DNA from: an uncultured Chloroflexia bacterium
Lineage (GTDB): Bacteria; Chloroflexota; Limnocylindria; Limnocylindrales; CSP1-4
NCBI GenBank assembly: GCA_963731995.1
Contig: CAVSXV010000013.1
Coordinates: 121,165 to 185,164, forward strand
Direction of reading: 5' to 3'
DNA length: 64,000 nt
Part shown: one piece after another, positions 30,559-40,155 of the stretch
How the letters are laid out: every line of letters starts with the position of its first letter
Position numbering within the stretch: position 1 is the stretch's first letter
Program-made: the position numbers and the translations under genes
Notes under the pieces: generated by a model
What the model was told of the DNA's origin: nothing
Database searches by the model: none
Seen by the model: only the letters and a program-made list of their open reading frames with translations

Positions 30559-31384
30559 CGCTAGATGTGTCCTCCTCCTTGTGGCCATCCAGGGGTAGCG
30601 GACGGCCTTGCCTCGCCAGTAGCGGAGGCAGTCCCCCCGACCGGCTGAGGGATGATACGCCGCCTCTACGGAGTCGGCTACCTCGATGCATGCATTGCCG
30701 GGCGGCGGCACGCGTCGTCAAGGCTAGGATGGGCGGCGCCATGACCGACCGACGTATCTCGCTCACCTCGTGCTCCACAACCACAGCCGGTGGGCAACTT
30801 CGGCTTCGTCTGAGTGGTGCCCGAGGCGGTGAACGGGCCGACATGGTCGGCGACGGTCCACAGGATCTCCGGCGCGCCACCGGCGAGGCTGGACGTGAGG
30901 AAGTCCTCGCGCAGAGTCTCGACCTGCTTGTTCACGACGGTGATGTTGACGTCGGGGTTGGCCTCGGAGTACTCGGCCGCAAGGGACTCGACGTACTGGA
31001 AGGCGCCCTCGGCCTCGCCCTCGGCGGTCCAGAGGGTGAGATCGGTCTGCGCGGCGACCGGGGTGAAAGCCCCAGCGACCATCGCCATGGACGCGGCGAG
31101 TGCCGCGACCTTGATACGGTTGGACATCGCTAGATGTGTCCTCCTCCTTGTGGCCATCCAGGGGTAGCGGACGGCCTTGCCTCGCCAGTAGCGGAGGCAG
31201 TCCCCCCGACCGGCTGAGGGATGATACGCCGCCTCTACGGAGTCGGCTACCTCGATGCATGCATTGCCGGGCGGCGGCACCCGTGTCGTCAAGGCTAGGA
31301 TGGGCGGCGCCATGACCGACCGACGTATCTCGCTCACCCTCGTGCTCCACAACCACCAGCCGGTGGGCAACTTCGGCTTCGTCT
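30246..31384. repeat. Tandem direct duplication of about 570 bp (30246-30811 and 30815-31384)
   Basis: Near-identical copies covering the malE 5' third, the divergent intergenic region and the first codons of GH57. The left copy is 4 nt shorter, with differences confined to its last ~100 bp. Confidence 0.95.
30815..31127 (-). pseudogene. Truncated second copy of the malE 5' region created by the duplication
   Basis: Identical MSNRIK...GPFTASGT, then runs into unrelated sequence at the junction. Confidence 0.75.
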
Positions 31385-33486
31385 TCGAAGACAACTACCA
31401 GAAGGCCTACGGGCCCCTGCTCGACGCCCTCGACCGACATCCCGGCGTGCGCCTGGGCCTGCACTACACCGGGCCCCTGCTCGACTGGTTCAAGGCCGAA
31501 CGGCCCGAGGTCATCGAGCGCCTGCGGGCGCTGGTCGAGCGTGAGCAGGTCGAGGTCCTCGGCGGCGGCTACTACGAGCCGGTGCTCGCGTCGCTGCGGG
31601 AAGACGACCGCGTGGGGCAGCTGACCAAGATGGCTGACGAGGTCGAGTCGCTGGTAGGCCATCGACCCCGCGGGGCCTGGCTCGCCGAGCGCGTGTGGGA
31701 GCCGGATGTGCCCCGCGCGCTCGCGAAGGCCGGCTACCAGTACACCATCGTGGACGACGCCCATTTCCGGGCCGCGGCCATTCCCCAGCAGCTGCACTGG
31801 GGCCCCTACTCCACCGACGACCAGGGCTTCCGCGTCATCGTCTATGGCTCCGAGCAGGGGTTGCGCTACCGCATCCCCTTCCGTCCTGTCGAGGAGGTCA
31901 TCGACTACCTCCACGAGCACGCCACCGAGGACGGCCGGCTGGTGGGCATGATGGGTGACGACGGCGAGAAGTTCGGCACCTGGCCCGGCACCTGGGACCT
32001 CTGCTACGGAGAGGAACAGTGGGTCGAGCGCTTCTTCAGCGCGCTCGAGCAGAACAGCGAGTGGCTCGAAGTGCTGAAGCCCGCCGAGGCGCTCGAGTCG
32101 CATCCGCCCATCGGCCGTGTCTACCTGCCGACCGGCTCCTATGCCGAGATGGGCGAATGGTCGCTACCGGTCGAGGCGCGCCGCGAGTTCACGATGCTGT
32201 TGCACGAGGCGATCGAGCGCGGGGCCCCGGAGGCTCGCTGGATGCGCGGCGGCTTCTGGCGCTCGTTCCAGATCAACTACCGCGAGATCAACGACCTACA
32301 CAAGCAGATGTTGCGCGTCTCCCGCAAGGTCGAGGAGTTGGAGGCTGCCGGTATCGATATGGCCGCGCTCGCGACCATCCGCGACCACCTCTACCAGGGC
32401 CAGTCCAACGACTGCTATTGGCACGGGCTGTTCGGCGGCATCTACCTCCCACACATGCGCCTGGCCACGCTCGAGCACCTCATCGCCGCCGAGGACGCGG
32501 CCGACCGCGCAGCCGGGCTCACGGGGGTCACCATCGAAGCGGCGGACCTCGACGTGGACGGCTTCGACGAGCTGCTCGTCACCGCACCGGGTCAGGTCGT
32601 GACGCTCAAGCCCAACGAGGGTGGCGGGATCGGCTCCTGGGATGCACGCGCCGCACGGCATGCGCTGGCCTCGGTCATGCGCCGCCGGCCCGAGGCCTAC
32701 CACGACGCGCTCCGAGCGGCCGACAGCGGCGAGCTCGAGCAGCAGGAGGCCGGCGAGGGTGCGGTCTCGATCCACGACCTGATCAAGGTCACCGAGCCCG
32801 GCATGAGCAAGCGGCTCTGGTACGACAGCTACGAGCGGCGTTCGGGCCTCGTGCACCTCATGCCGCTGGGCACCTCGGCAGAGGCGTTCGAGGAGGCGAC
32901 GTTCGAGGAACTGGGTGACTTCGTCTCGGGTGCGTTCAGCGTGGTCCGAGCCGAGGGCAACCAGGTAGTCCTCGAGCGCGATGGCTGCATACTCCGCGGC
33001 GACGGCTCGTGTGCGCCGCTGCGGGTACGCAAGGCGCATGTCTTCGGCGCCGACCGGCGGGTGCCCACGCTGGAACTGCGCGTGGAGGTCGCCAACTCCG
33101 GCGATCAGCCTGTCGAAGCGCTGTTGGGTGTCGAATGGAGCCTGAACATGCTCGGGGGCGGCGGAAACCCGTCGGCCTGGTACAAGGTCAACGGCGAGAC
33201 CGACAGCTTCGACAGCAAGCAGATCGTCGAGGCTACCGATCACGTGGGCATGGGCAACGACCACGTCGGGATCGAGATGGAATCGCGTCCCAGCCCGCCG
33301 GCGGCCGCGTGGTGGTGGTCGATCGACACGATGTCGCTCTCGGAGGCCGGCTTCGAGACCAACCACCAGGGCAGCTCGCTGCTGTTCACGTGGCCCCTGA
33401 CGCTCGCACCGGGCGAGCGGTTCTCGGTCACGCTCCAGAACCTGCTCCGCTCGAGTGTGGACCGCGCCGTGGAGGAGGGCCTCTAG
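31312..33486 (+). CDS. GH57 4-alpha-glucanotransferase/alpha-amylase (with DUF1925/DUF1926 domains)
   Basis: HNHQPVGNF, GGGYYEP, nucleophile WLAERVWEP, acid/base GDDGEKFG, SYAEMGEWSLP, QSNDCYWHGLFGGIYLPH. Confidence 0.92.
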   Translation: MTDRRISLTLVLHNHQPVGNFGFVFEDNYQKAYGPLLDALDRHPGVRLGLHYTGPLLDWFKAERPEVIERLRALVEREQVEVLGGGYYEPVLASLREDDRVGQLTKMADEVESLVGHRPRGAWLAERVWEPDVPRALAKAGYQYTIVDDAHFRAAAIPQQLHWGPYSTDDQGFRVIVYGSEQGLRYRIPFRPVEEVIDYLHEHATEDGRLVGMMGDDGEKFGTWPGTWDLCYGEEQWVERFFSALEQNSEWLEVLKPAEALESHPPIGRVYLPTGSYAEMGEWSLPVEARREFTMLLHEAIERGAPEARWMRGGFWRSFQINYREINDLHKQMLRVSRKVEELEAAGIDMAALATIRDHLYQGQSNDCYWHGLFGGIYLPHMRLATLEHLIAAEDAADRAAGLTGVTIEAADLDVDGFDELLVTAPGQVVTLKPNEGGGIGSWDARAARHALASVMRRRPEAYHDALRAADSGELEQQEAGEGAVSIHDLIKVTEPGMSKRLWYDSYERRSGLVHLMPLGTSAEAFEEATFEELGDFVSGAFSVVRAEGNQVVLERDGCILRGDGSCAPLRVRKAHVFGADRRVPTLELRVEVANSGDQPVEALLGVEWSLNMLGGGGNPSAWYKVNGETDSFDSKQIVEATDHVGMGNDHVGIEMESRPSPPAAAWWWSIDTMSLSEAGFETNHQGSSLLFTWPLTLAPGERFSVTLQNLLRSSVDRAVEEGL

Positions 33487-33614
33487 GTGCTCCGGGCCTT
33501 TCGCCAACCTCCGCGGGGCCAGTCCGACGGGCTCTCGAGCCCGGTCCCTCGGTTCCGGAGCGGCGCGGTGGTCCGGACGCGCTTGTAGCGACTGCCAGAC
33601 TGTTCGACCGTCGA

Positions 33615-33642
33615 TGAATCACTTGGGGTCCGGGGATACGTC
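33615..33642 (+). promoter_or_regulatory. Candidate autoregulatory ECF promoter (probably leaderless)
   Basis: TGAATC-N18-CGTC ending 8 nt before the ECF ATG; CGT-type -10 elements are common for ECFs. Confidence 0.35.
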
Positions 33643-33650
33643 TGTATGAC

Positions 33651-34199
33651 ATGAACGCCGTGCCAGAGATGGCTGAGCAAGACCTGGGCGCGATGATCGC
33701 CTCCGCAGCGGCCGGCGACGAGTACGCGTTCGCGCGCATCGTCGCCGCGTACCACGAGGACATGCGTCGAGTCTGCTCGTTCGTGACGCGCGACGACGCG
33801 CTCGCAGAGGACGCGGTCCAGAGTGCCTGGTCGATCGTCTGGCACAAGCTCGGTTCGCTGAAGCAGCCGACCCGGCTGCGGCCCTGGCTGGTCTCGGTCG
33901 CGGTGAACCAGGCCAAGGACTCCCTGCGGCGGCACAAGCGACGGGTCGAGGTCGAACTCCTGGCCAACGCCCGCAACGTGCCCGCCGGGCTGGACCCCGC
34001 GACCGGCGTGGACTCGCTCGACCTGCTGGCCGCGATGGACCGACTCGACCCCGATGACCGCGCGCTCATCGCCATGCGCTACGTGGCCGGCTTCGATGCC
34101 ACCGAGCTCTCGGTCGCCATCGGGCTCAGCCCGCCGGGCACCAGAGCACGCCTTGCCCGCATCCTCGCACGCCTCCGGCAGGAGCTCAGCGATGAGTGA
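33651..34199 (+). CDS. ECF RNA polymerase sigma factor
   Basis: GDEYAFARIV, AEDAVQSAW, PWLVSVAVN...D.LRR (region 2), LDPDDRALIAMRYVAG....ELS...G....T.RARL (region 4). Confidence 0.9.
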   Translation: MNAVPEMAEQDLGAMIASAAAGDEYAFARIVAAYHEDMRRVCSFVTRDDALAEDAVQSAWSIVWHKLGSLKQPTRLRPWLVSVAVNQAKDSLRRHKRRVEVELLANARNVPAGLDPATGVDSLDLLAAMDRLDPDDRALIAMRYVAGFDATELSVAIGLSPPGTRARLARILARLRQELSDE

Positions 34200-35154
34200 T
34201 CAGATGCATACCGATGACTTCGAGCGCCAAGTCGCCGATGTCGCCCGACGCGTGGTGGGCCCGCCACGCACGGTCGATGCCCTGGCGGTCGCGCGCCAAG
34301 CAGCCACCGATCCCCCCGATAGGAGATTCCCATCCATGTTCAGCGCACTCAAGTTCGTCGCGGCGAGCGTCATCGTCGCCCTCTTCGGAGCATTCCTGCT
34401 AGCCGGCATCCTGCCCTCGGGTTCGCTAGACAAAGCGGCGCCAGCGGCTCAGACCACAGAGCCAACGATGGAGCTGGTGACCGGCTGGGTCAACACCGAG
34501 GGCACGGATCGTCCGGCCTTCGAGACCCGCATGGTCGTGACGCTGCTCGACGCCTCCAACCCCGGAGACGACCCCGTGCCACTCGGTGAGTTCGTCCTGG
34601 AAGCTGCCGACAGACTCGAGGCTCACGCCTTCGCCATCGACTACGACCCCGACCAGATAGACGAAGACGGGACCTACCTGCTCGACATGCGCCTCGAGCA
34701 ACCGGTCAGCGGCCAGGTCATCTCCAGGGCCGAGGCTCCGGTCCCGGTCATCACCCACGGCCATCCGACGACGGATGTCGAGATCAAGCTCGTAGTCGTT
34801 GACGACCCGGGGCCGATCGGGCTGGTCGCCGGCGTCGTCATGGCCGATGCGGACGTCGCCGAGCTCGACGGCCCGGCGCGACTCGTGATCTCGCTGATCG
34901 AGGACGGTGCCGACGACTCGGGCACGGCACCGCTGGGCGAGTGGGTCGCAGAGAACACCACCCGCCTGCGGCCGCCGCGCTCATTCTCGCTGGGCTACGA
35001 CACCGAGTCGATCGACGCGGGCGGCTCGTACGTGCTGCAGGCACGCCTCGAGGACGTCGAGACTGGATCGTTGCTCGCGACCGGGAGTGAAGCGATCGCC
35101 GACCTCGGGGACGCTGGCAGCATCACCGTCCACCTGACCGCGCCCGCCGAGTAG
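34192..35154 (+). CDS. Putative membrane-anchored anti-sigma factor with two YbaY/YscW-like extracytoplasmic domains
   Basis: Overlaps the sigma stop; short cytoplasmic N-terminus; one TM; two repeats V.G.V...V.L.D....LGE....F...YD...ID....Y.L.ARLE resembling YbaY. Confidence 0.65.
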   Translation: MSDQMHTDDFERQVADVARRVVGPPRTVDALAVARQAATDPPDRRFPSMFSALKFVAASVIVALFGAFLLAGILPSGSLDKAAPAAQTTEPTMELVTGWVNTEGTDRPAFETRMVVTLLDASNPGDDPVPLGEFVLEAADRLEAHAFAIDYDPDQIDEDGTYLLDMRLEQPVSGQVISRAEAPVPVITHGHPTTDVEIKLVVVDDPGPIGLVAGVVMADADVAELDGPARLVISLIEDGADDSGTAPLGEWVAENTTRLRPPRSFSLGYDTESIDAGGSYVLQARLEDVETGSLLATGSEAIADLGDAGSITVHLTAPAE

Positions 35155-35182
35155 GCGGCGCGAGCGGTCGATCACGACACCA

Positions 35183-35210
35183 GGGACCGCCGCCGAGTCG
35201 CGGCGGTCCC
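35183..35210. terminator. Stem-loop between convergent genes
   Basis: 11-bp stem GGGACCGCCGC-CGAGTC-GCGGCGGTCCC. Confidence 0.6.
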
Positions 35211-35230
35211 CGTCCGTCCGGCGCCGGGAT

Positions 35231-36733
35231 TCAGATCTCGGCGAGGGCCGCGAACGTGTCCTTGAGCTTCGGATAGAGCGTGCGGTAGACCTCGTAGGCC
35301 GCGTCGTAGGCGCCGGCGTTCTCGCCAGGAGCGGTCGTGTCGGTGACCTCGACCATGGCCTCGCAGGCCTCCGGCACCGTCTGGTACCAGCCGGCCGCGA
35401 CGGCCGCGAGGATGGCGCCACCAGTGGCCACGCCTTCGGTGGTGCGCGTCAGGGACAGGGGCACGCCCAGCACATCGGCGATGATCTGGCGCCACAGCGG
35501 CGAGTTGGTGCCACCACCCGAAGCACGCAGCTCCAGCAGCGGATCGGGCGCCGTCTCGCTCACCAGCTCGAACACATCGCGCAGCGAGAAGGCCACGCCC
35601 TCGAGTACCGCCCGCACCATGTGCCCCAGGCCGTGACGCACGGTCAGGCCGATGAAGGCGCCACGGGCGAGCGGGTCGGGATAGGGCGCACGCTCGCCCG
35701 AGAGGTAGGGCAGGAAGACCAGCCCCTCCGAGCCGGGCGGCACCGCGGCTGCTGCCGAGGTCAGCTCATCCCAGCTGGCATCGGGCGCGATCTCGTCGCG
35801 CAGCCACTTGAGTGAACCGGCTGCGGACATGGTCACGCCCATCAGGTGCCAGGCGCCGGGCACGGCATGGCAGAACGCCTGGAGTCGGCCGTCCGGCTCG
35901 ATCGCCGGTCCCGCGGTGGGCACGAAGATGACGCCGCTGGTACCGACCGACATGGCCGCGATACCGGGCACCACCGCGCCCATACCCACGGCGTTGGCGG
36001 CCTGGTCGCCGGCGCCACCGACGACCGGGGTGCCGGCGCGCAAGCCCGTGGCCGCTGCAGCCCGCTCGGTCACGAGCCCTACGATGTCGGGGCCCTCGAC
36101 GGTGCGCGGCAGCATCGCGGGGTCGATCCCGAGCGCGGCCACGACCTCGTCGGACCAGGTGCGTGCCTCGAGATCGAAGAGCACGGTGCCGGCACCGTCG
36201 TTGACGTCGAGGGCGTACTCGCCGGTGAGCATGAAGCGGACGTAGTCCTTGGGCAGCAGCAGGTGACGCGCGCGGGCCCAGTGCTCCGGCTCGTACTCGC
36301 GAACCCAGAGCATCTTGGTGGCCGTGAAGCTGACCAGCGCGTCGTTGCCGGTGACCGCGATGAAGCGCTCGCGCCCGACCGCCTCGAGCATGGCCTGGCC
36401 CTGGGCCGCGGTGCGGCCGTCGTTCCAGAGGATGGCCGGTCGGATGACCTGGTCATCTTCGTCGAGCAGGACCATGCCGTGCATCTGGCCGCCGGCGCCA
36501 ACCGCCGCGACCTCGTCAGCGGAGCGTCCGGTCGTGGCCAGCACCTCGCGGATCGTCTGCTGGGCGGCAGCCCACCAGAGCCCGGGATCCTGCTCCGCCC
36601 ACAGCGGGAAGGGTGTCTCGAAGTCGTATTCGGCGGCCGCGATGCCGACCACAGTGCCATCACGCTCCATGAGCAAGGCCTTGGTCCCGGTGGTGGAGAC
36701 GTCGAGGCCGAGGACGAGAGTGGCTGCGGTCAC
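35231..36733 (-). CDS. xylB: Xylulokinase
   Basis: GLDVSTTGTK, GGQMHG, RPAILWNDGRT, LLPKDYVR, GAGDQAA, GTSGV, FLPYLSGER.P, AVLEGV, GGG.NS..WRQI.AD. Confidence 0.9.
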   Translation of the reverse strand: MTAATLVLGLDVSTTGTKALLMERDGTVVGIAAAEYDFETPFPLWAEQDPGLWWAAAQQTIREVLATTGRSADEVAAVGAGGQMHGMVLLDEDDQVIRPAILWNDGRTAAQGQAMLEAVGRERFIAVTGNDALVSFTATKMLWVREYEPEHWARARHLLLPKDYVRFMLTGEYALDVNDGAGTVLFDLEARTWSDEVVAALGIDPAMLPRTVEGPDIVGLVTERAAAATGLRAGTPVVGGAGDQAANAVGMGAVVPGIAAMSVGTSGVIFVPTAGPAIEPDGRLQAFCHAVPGAWHLMGVTMSAAGSLKWLRDEIAPDASWDELTSAAAAVPPGSEGLVFLPYLSGERAPYPDPLARGAFIGLTVRHGLGHMVRAVLEGVAFSLRDVFELVSETAPDPLLELRASGGGTNSPLWRQIIADVLGVPLSLTRTTEGVATGGAILAAVAAGWYQTVPEACEAMVEVTDTTAPGENAGAYDAAYEVYRTLYPKLKDTFAALAEI

Positions 36734-36763
36734 GGTGTTCCTTTCATGGCTGGGTGCGGTCGG

Positions 36764-37666
36764 CTAGCGATCGAGCTCGGTCGACAGGACGAGGCGCTCA
36801 GCCTCGGCTTCGTCAAGGAGATGGACGGCCCACTCCTCGTGATGCTCCGCGGCATCGCCTGGGTCCAGGTCGGTCAGCGGGCCCAGCGTCTCGAGCTCGG
36901 TGAAGTCGCCGTGAGAGTAGACCTGAGCGGAGGCGCCCATGTCCGCGTAGTCGCGGGTCTCGTCGTGGCCGGCGTACTTGACCAGCAGCAGGCCGTCACG
37001 GTAATGCCCGACCCAGCCGCGGCGCAGGGTCGTGCCGATCTTGAAGGGCACCTCGAGAGGGTGATCGGCCATGACCGCCGAGCGGACCTCCAGCGCGCCG
37101 ACATGGACGAGGTAACGGGGATCGTCGTTGCGCGAGTAGGCCCACAGCACGATGTTGCGCTGGCCCTGGAAGCCGCCCTTGTCGAACTCCTCGGTGAGTA
37201 CCGGCAGGAAGGCCCGGCCCAGCGGTTGCATCATGGTGATGGCCCAGGCCGCGAGCCGTTGTGGACGCTCGGCGCGGTTGACCACCCGATAACGGAAGGA
37301 GAAGCGTTCGGGGCCGGTCTCGCGGATCTCGATCTCGCGGTGGGTCTCCGAGACCGGGTCGGGCCGAGTCACGAGGCGCACGCCGTCATCGACCTCCTCC
37401 ACGCCGACGGGATCGTCGTCCGGCCGGTAGGTGAAACGAGGGTCCTCTGGCGCCGCCCACAGTCGAGAGCCACCGCGCAGGTGGATCACGCCAGAACCGG
37501 GACAGTCGAGCGTCATCTCCGGCAGCTCGGCGAAGTGGTTGCGACCGTCCTCGGTGAGCAGTCCCAGCACCCGCGGGCCGACCGAGGTCGTGACCATCAG
37601 CCGGATGCGGCCGGACGTGATCTGGATGGCCTCGTGGCCTTGGTACTGCGTCGTCGTGATGGGCAT
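36764..37666 (-). CDS. Hypothetical protein, probable galactose-mutarotase-like beta-sandwich (DUF4380-like)
   Basis: GPRV, GGSRLWAAPE, AWAITMM, C-terminal ELETLGPL..L.PG....H.E.W typical of aldose-epimerase-fold proteins. Confidence 0.55.
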   Translation of the reverse strand: MPITTTQYQGHEAIQITSGRIRLMVTTSVGPRVLGLLTEDGRNHFAELPEMTLDCPGSGVIHLRGGSRLWAAPEDPRFTYRPDDDPVGVEEVDDGVRLVTRPDPVSETHREIEIRETGPERFSFRYRVVNRAERPQRLAAWAITMMQPLGRAFLPVLTEEFDKGGFQGQRNIVLWAYSRNDDPRYLVHVGALEVRSAVMADHPLEVPFKIGTTLRRGWVGHYRDGLLLVKYAGHDETRDYADMGASAQVYSHGDFTELETLGPLTDLDPGDAAEHHEEWAVHLLDEAEAERLVLSTELDR

Positions 37667-37700
37667 GCCCCGGTTCCTCTCGTCGGTGTCCCGACCGATG

Positions 37701-40052
37701 CTAGCGAACGCTCACCCTCGTCAGGTAGCGATTCCGCGTTGCGATGCGCCGAGGCGCGCCCACGACATGCACCGACGTCTCGAGCGGCAGGTCGGCCGAG
37801 GATGTGCCAGCCATGAACCGGAACTCGCCCGGCTCCACCAGCCAGCTCCCGGGCTCATCGACGAAGGCCAGCTGCTCTGCCGCGACGGTGAAGGTCACGG
37901 TCCTGCTGGCGCCCGGCTCCAGGCTCACGCGCGCGAAGCCGCGTAGCTCCTTCACCGGACGCGTGCGGCTGGCAGCGACGTCGCGGACGTAGAGCTGGAC
38001 CACCTCGTCACCCGCGCGATCACCCGTGTTGACCACCCGGACGCTGAGCTGGACCTCACCATCAGCAGGGATCTCGGCGCTGCTCGCGCGCAGGTCGGAG
38101 AGCAGGAAGCTGGTGTAGCTGAGCCCGTAGCCGAACGGCCACAACGGCAGGTTGGAGCCGTCCACGTACTCGACGTTCCAGTTGGTATGGCCGCCGGTGG
38201 GGCGGTGGGAGTAGGTGACGGGGATCTGCCCGACATCACGTGGGACGCTCACCGGAAGCTTGCCGCCGGGAGCGGCCACGCCGGTGAGCACATCGACGAT
38301 GGCCACGGCACCGAACTCGCCTGGCACCCAGGCGTGCAGGATGGCGGCGCAGTGCTCGGCCGCCCACGGGATAGCCAGCGGTCGGCCACTCATGAGCACC
38401 AGCACCGTCGGGGTACCGGTCGCGACCACAGCTTCCAGCAGCTCCTGCTGGCGACCGGGCAACCCCAAGCTCATGCGATCGCGCGTCTCGCCGCTGATGG
38501 CATCGTTGGTGAGCCCCGAGCGCTCCCCCAGGACCAGGATGGCGACGTCGGATCCCTGGGCAGCGAGAACCGCGGCTGCGATGTCCTGGTCGTCTCCGCC
38601 CATCAGGCCGCATCCGCGCTCGGACAGGACCTCCACCCCGTCGAGCCGTTCTCGCAGCTCCGCGAGGACCGTGCGGAACGCGTCCGAGGCCCGGCTCGGC
38701 TCGAGCGTGTCCGCGACCGGGGTCCTCGAGGAGAGCTCGCTGCGGTTGCGCAGGAGCGTGTCGATGTGGAGCTGGTGGGCATAGTCGCCGAGCATGTTCC
38801 TGGCGTCGTCCGCGCTGGGCCCGATGAGGGCGATGCGACCGACATCGGCAGCGAGCGGCAGGGTCCCGTCGTTCTCGAGCAGGACCAGCGAGCGACGTGC
38901 GGAGCCCAGCGCGAAGGCGCGTTCCTCGGCCAGGTCGAGGGCCGCCACGGTCGGGTCGACGTAGGGCGCATCGAAGAGGCCCAGTTCGAACTTCAGGCGC
39001 AGGACCCGCGACACCGCGAGGTCCAGGGTGGCCTCCTCGACCAGCCCTTCGTCCAGCGCTCGTCGCAGCGGCTCACCATAGGCCAGCGTCCGCGGCAGCT
39101 CCTGGTCCAGCCCGGCGTTGAGCGTCATCGATGCCGCCACGGCTGGATCGTCGGTGACCTGGTGCGAGACGATGAGCTCGTTGATGCCGTCGTAGTCGGC
39201 GACCACGATGCCGTCGAAGCCCCATTCCTCGCGCAAGATCTCGGTCAGCAGCTCTCGAGAGGCCATGCACGGCACGCCGTCGATCTCGTGGTAGGCATGC
39301 ATCATCGTGCCCAGCCGCTCCTGCCGCACCGCCACCTCGAACGGCAGCAGATGCTGCTCGCGAAGCTCGCGTGCTCCGAGGTGGACCGGCGCTCGGTTGA
39401 ACCCACCCTCGGACATGCCGTGGGCCACGAAGTGCTTGCCGCAGCAGAGCACGCCCTGGGCTTGAGCGCCGCGAACGTAGGCCGCGCCGAGGGTCGCAAC
39501 GAGGTAGGGATCCTCGCCGTAGGTCTCCTCGGTGCGCCCCCAGCGTGGATCGCGGGCGAGATCGAAGACGGGCGAGAGGACGAGCCGGGCTCCGCGCGCG
39601 CGGGCCGCCAACCCGATGAAGCTCGACATCTGTTCGATGCGCTCCGCGTCCCACATGGCCGCGAGGCCGATGGACTGTGGATGGACGACCGAGTCGTAGG
39701 CCGTGAGCCCGTGCAGGGATTCCTCGTGCAGGATGGCCGGGATCCCCAGCCGCGTACGCTCCAGCAGGAAGCGCTGGACGTCGTTGCCCAGGCGCGCGGC
39801 GGGCTCGGCCGTCAGCAGGGTTGAGCCGGAGATGCGGGTGATCTGCCCGATGCCCTGGGCCAGCACGCGCTCTGCCTTCGCCGGGTCGAAGACCTCGCCG
39901 TCGGAGACCTCGGCCGGCCAGGCCGAGCCCAGCTGGGCCACCTTCTCTTCCCGATCCATGCGGCCGAGCAAGTCGGCCGCCCGTTCGGCCGGGCTCAGTG
40001 ACGCGTCACGGTAGGCCGGAGCAGGAGCGGACGGGACGGAGTTGACGGACAT
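37701..40052 (-). CDS. GH3 beta-xylosidase/beta-glucosidase (cytoplasmic)
   Basis: TRLGIP..HEESLHG, RDPRWGRTEETYGEDP, KHF, nucleophile VVADY, FGYGLSYT, EVVQLY, KELRGF. Confidence 0.92.
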   Translation of the reverse strand: MSVNSVPSAPAPAYRDASLSPAERAADLLGRMDREEKVAQLGSAWPAEVSDGEVFDPAKAERVLAQGIGQITRISGSTLLTAEPAARLGNDVQRFLLERTRLGIPAILHEESLHGLTAYDSVVHPQSIGLAAMWDAERIEQMSSFIGLAARARGARLVLSPVFDLARDPRWGRTEETYGEDPYLVATLGAAYVRGAQAQGVLCCGKHFVAHGMSEGGFNRAPVHLGARELREQHLLPFEVAVRQERLGTMMHAYHEIDGVPCMASRELLTEILREEWGFDGIVVADYDGINELIVSHQVTDDPAVAASMTLNAGLDQELPRTLAYGEPLRRALDEGLVEEATLDLAVSRVLRLKFELGLFDAPYVDPTVAALDLAEERAFALGSARRSLVLLENDGTLPLAADVGRIALIGPSADDARNMLGDYAHQLHIDTLLRNRSELSSRTPVADTLEPSRASDAFRTVLAELRERLDGVEVLSERGCGLMGGDDQDIAAAVLAAQGSDVAILVLGERSGLTNDAISGETRDRMSLGLPGRQQELLEAVVATGTPTVLVLMSGRPLAIPWAAEHCAAILHAWVPGEFGAVAIVDVLTGVAAPGGKLPVSVPRDVGQIPVTYSHRPTGGHTNWNVEYVDGSNLPLWPFGYGLSYTSFLLSDLRASSAEIPADGEVQLSVRVVNTGDRAGDEVVQLYVRDVAASRTRPVKELRGFARVSLEPGASRTVTFTVAAEQLAFVDEPGSWLVEPGEFRFMAGTSSADLPLETSVHVVGAPRRIATRNRYLTRVSVR

Positions 40053-40155
40053 GGGTGGCTCGCCTTTCACGAAGCCGGCGCCTTGCTGGCCGGCCAGATG
40101 TCGTGCACCGAGGTGGCACGTGTGGGGTACGGGGGACGTTGATGGCGGCGCCGGC

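Noticed and set aside
30678-31394. 238-aa ORF appearing as a novel MalE fusion protein
   Set aside because: Entirely a product of the tandem duplication junction.
35846-37816. Long opposite-strand ORFs (also 25344-26945, 38187-39824, 51072-52847, 4080-5348)
   Set aside because: Typical stop-poor antisense shadows of GC-rich genes with no recognisable motifs.
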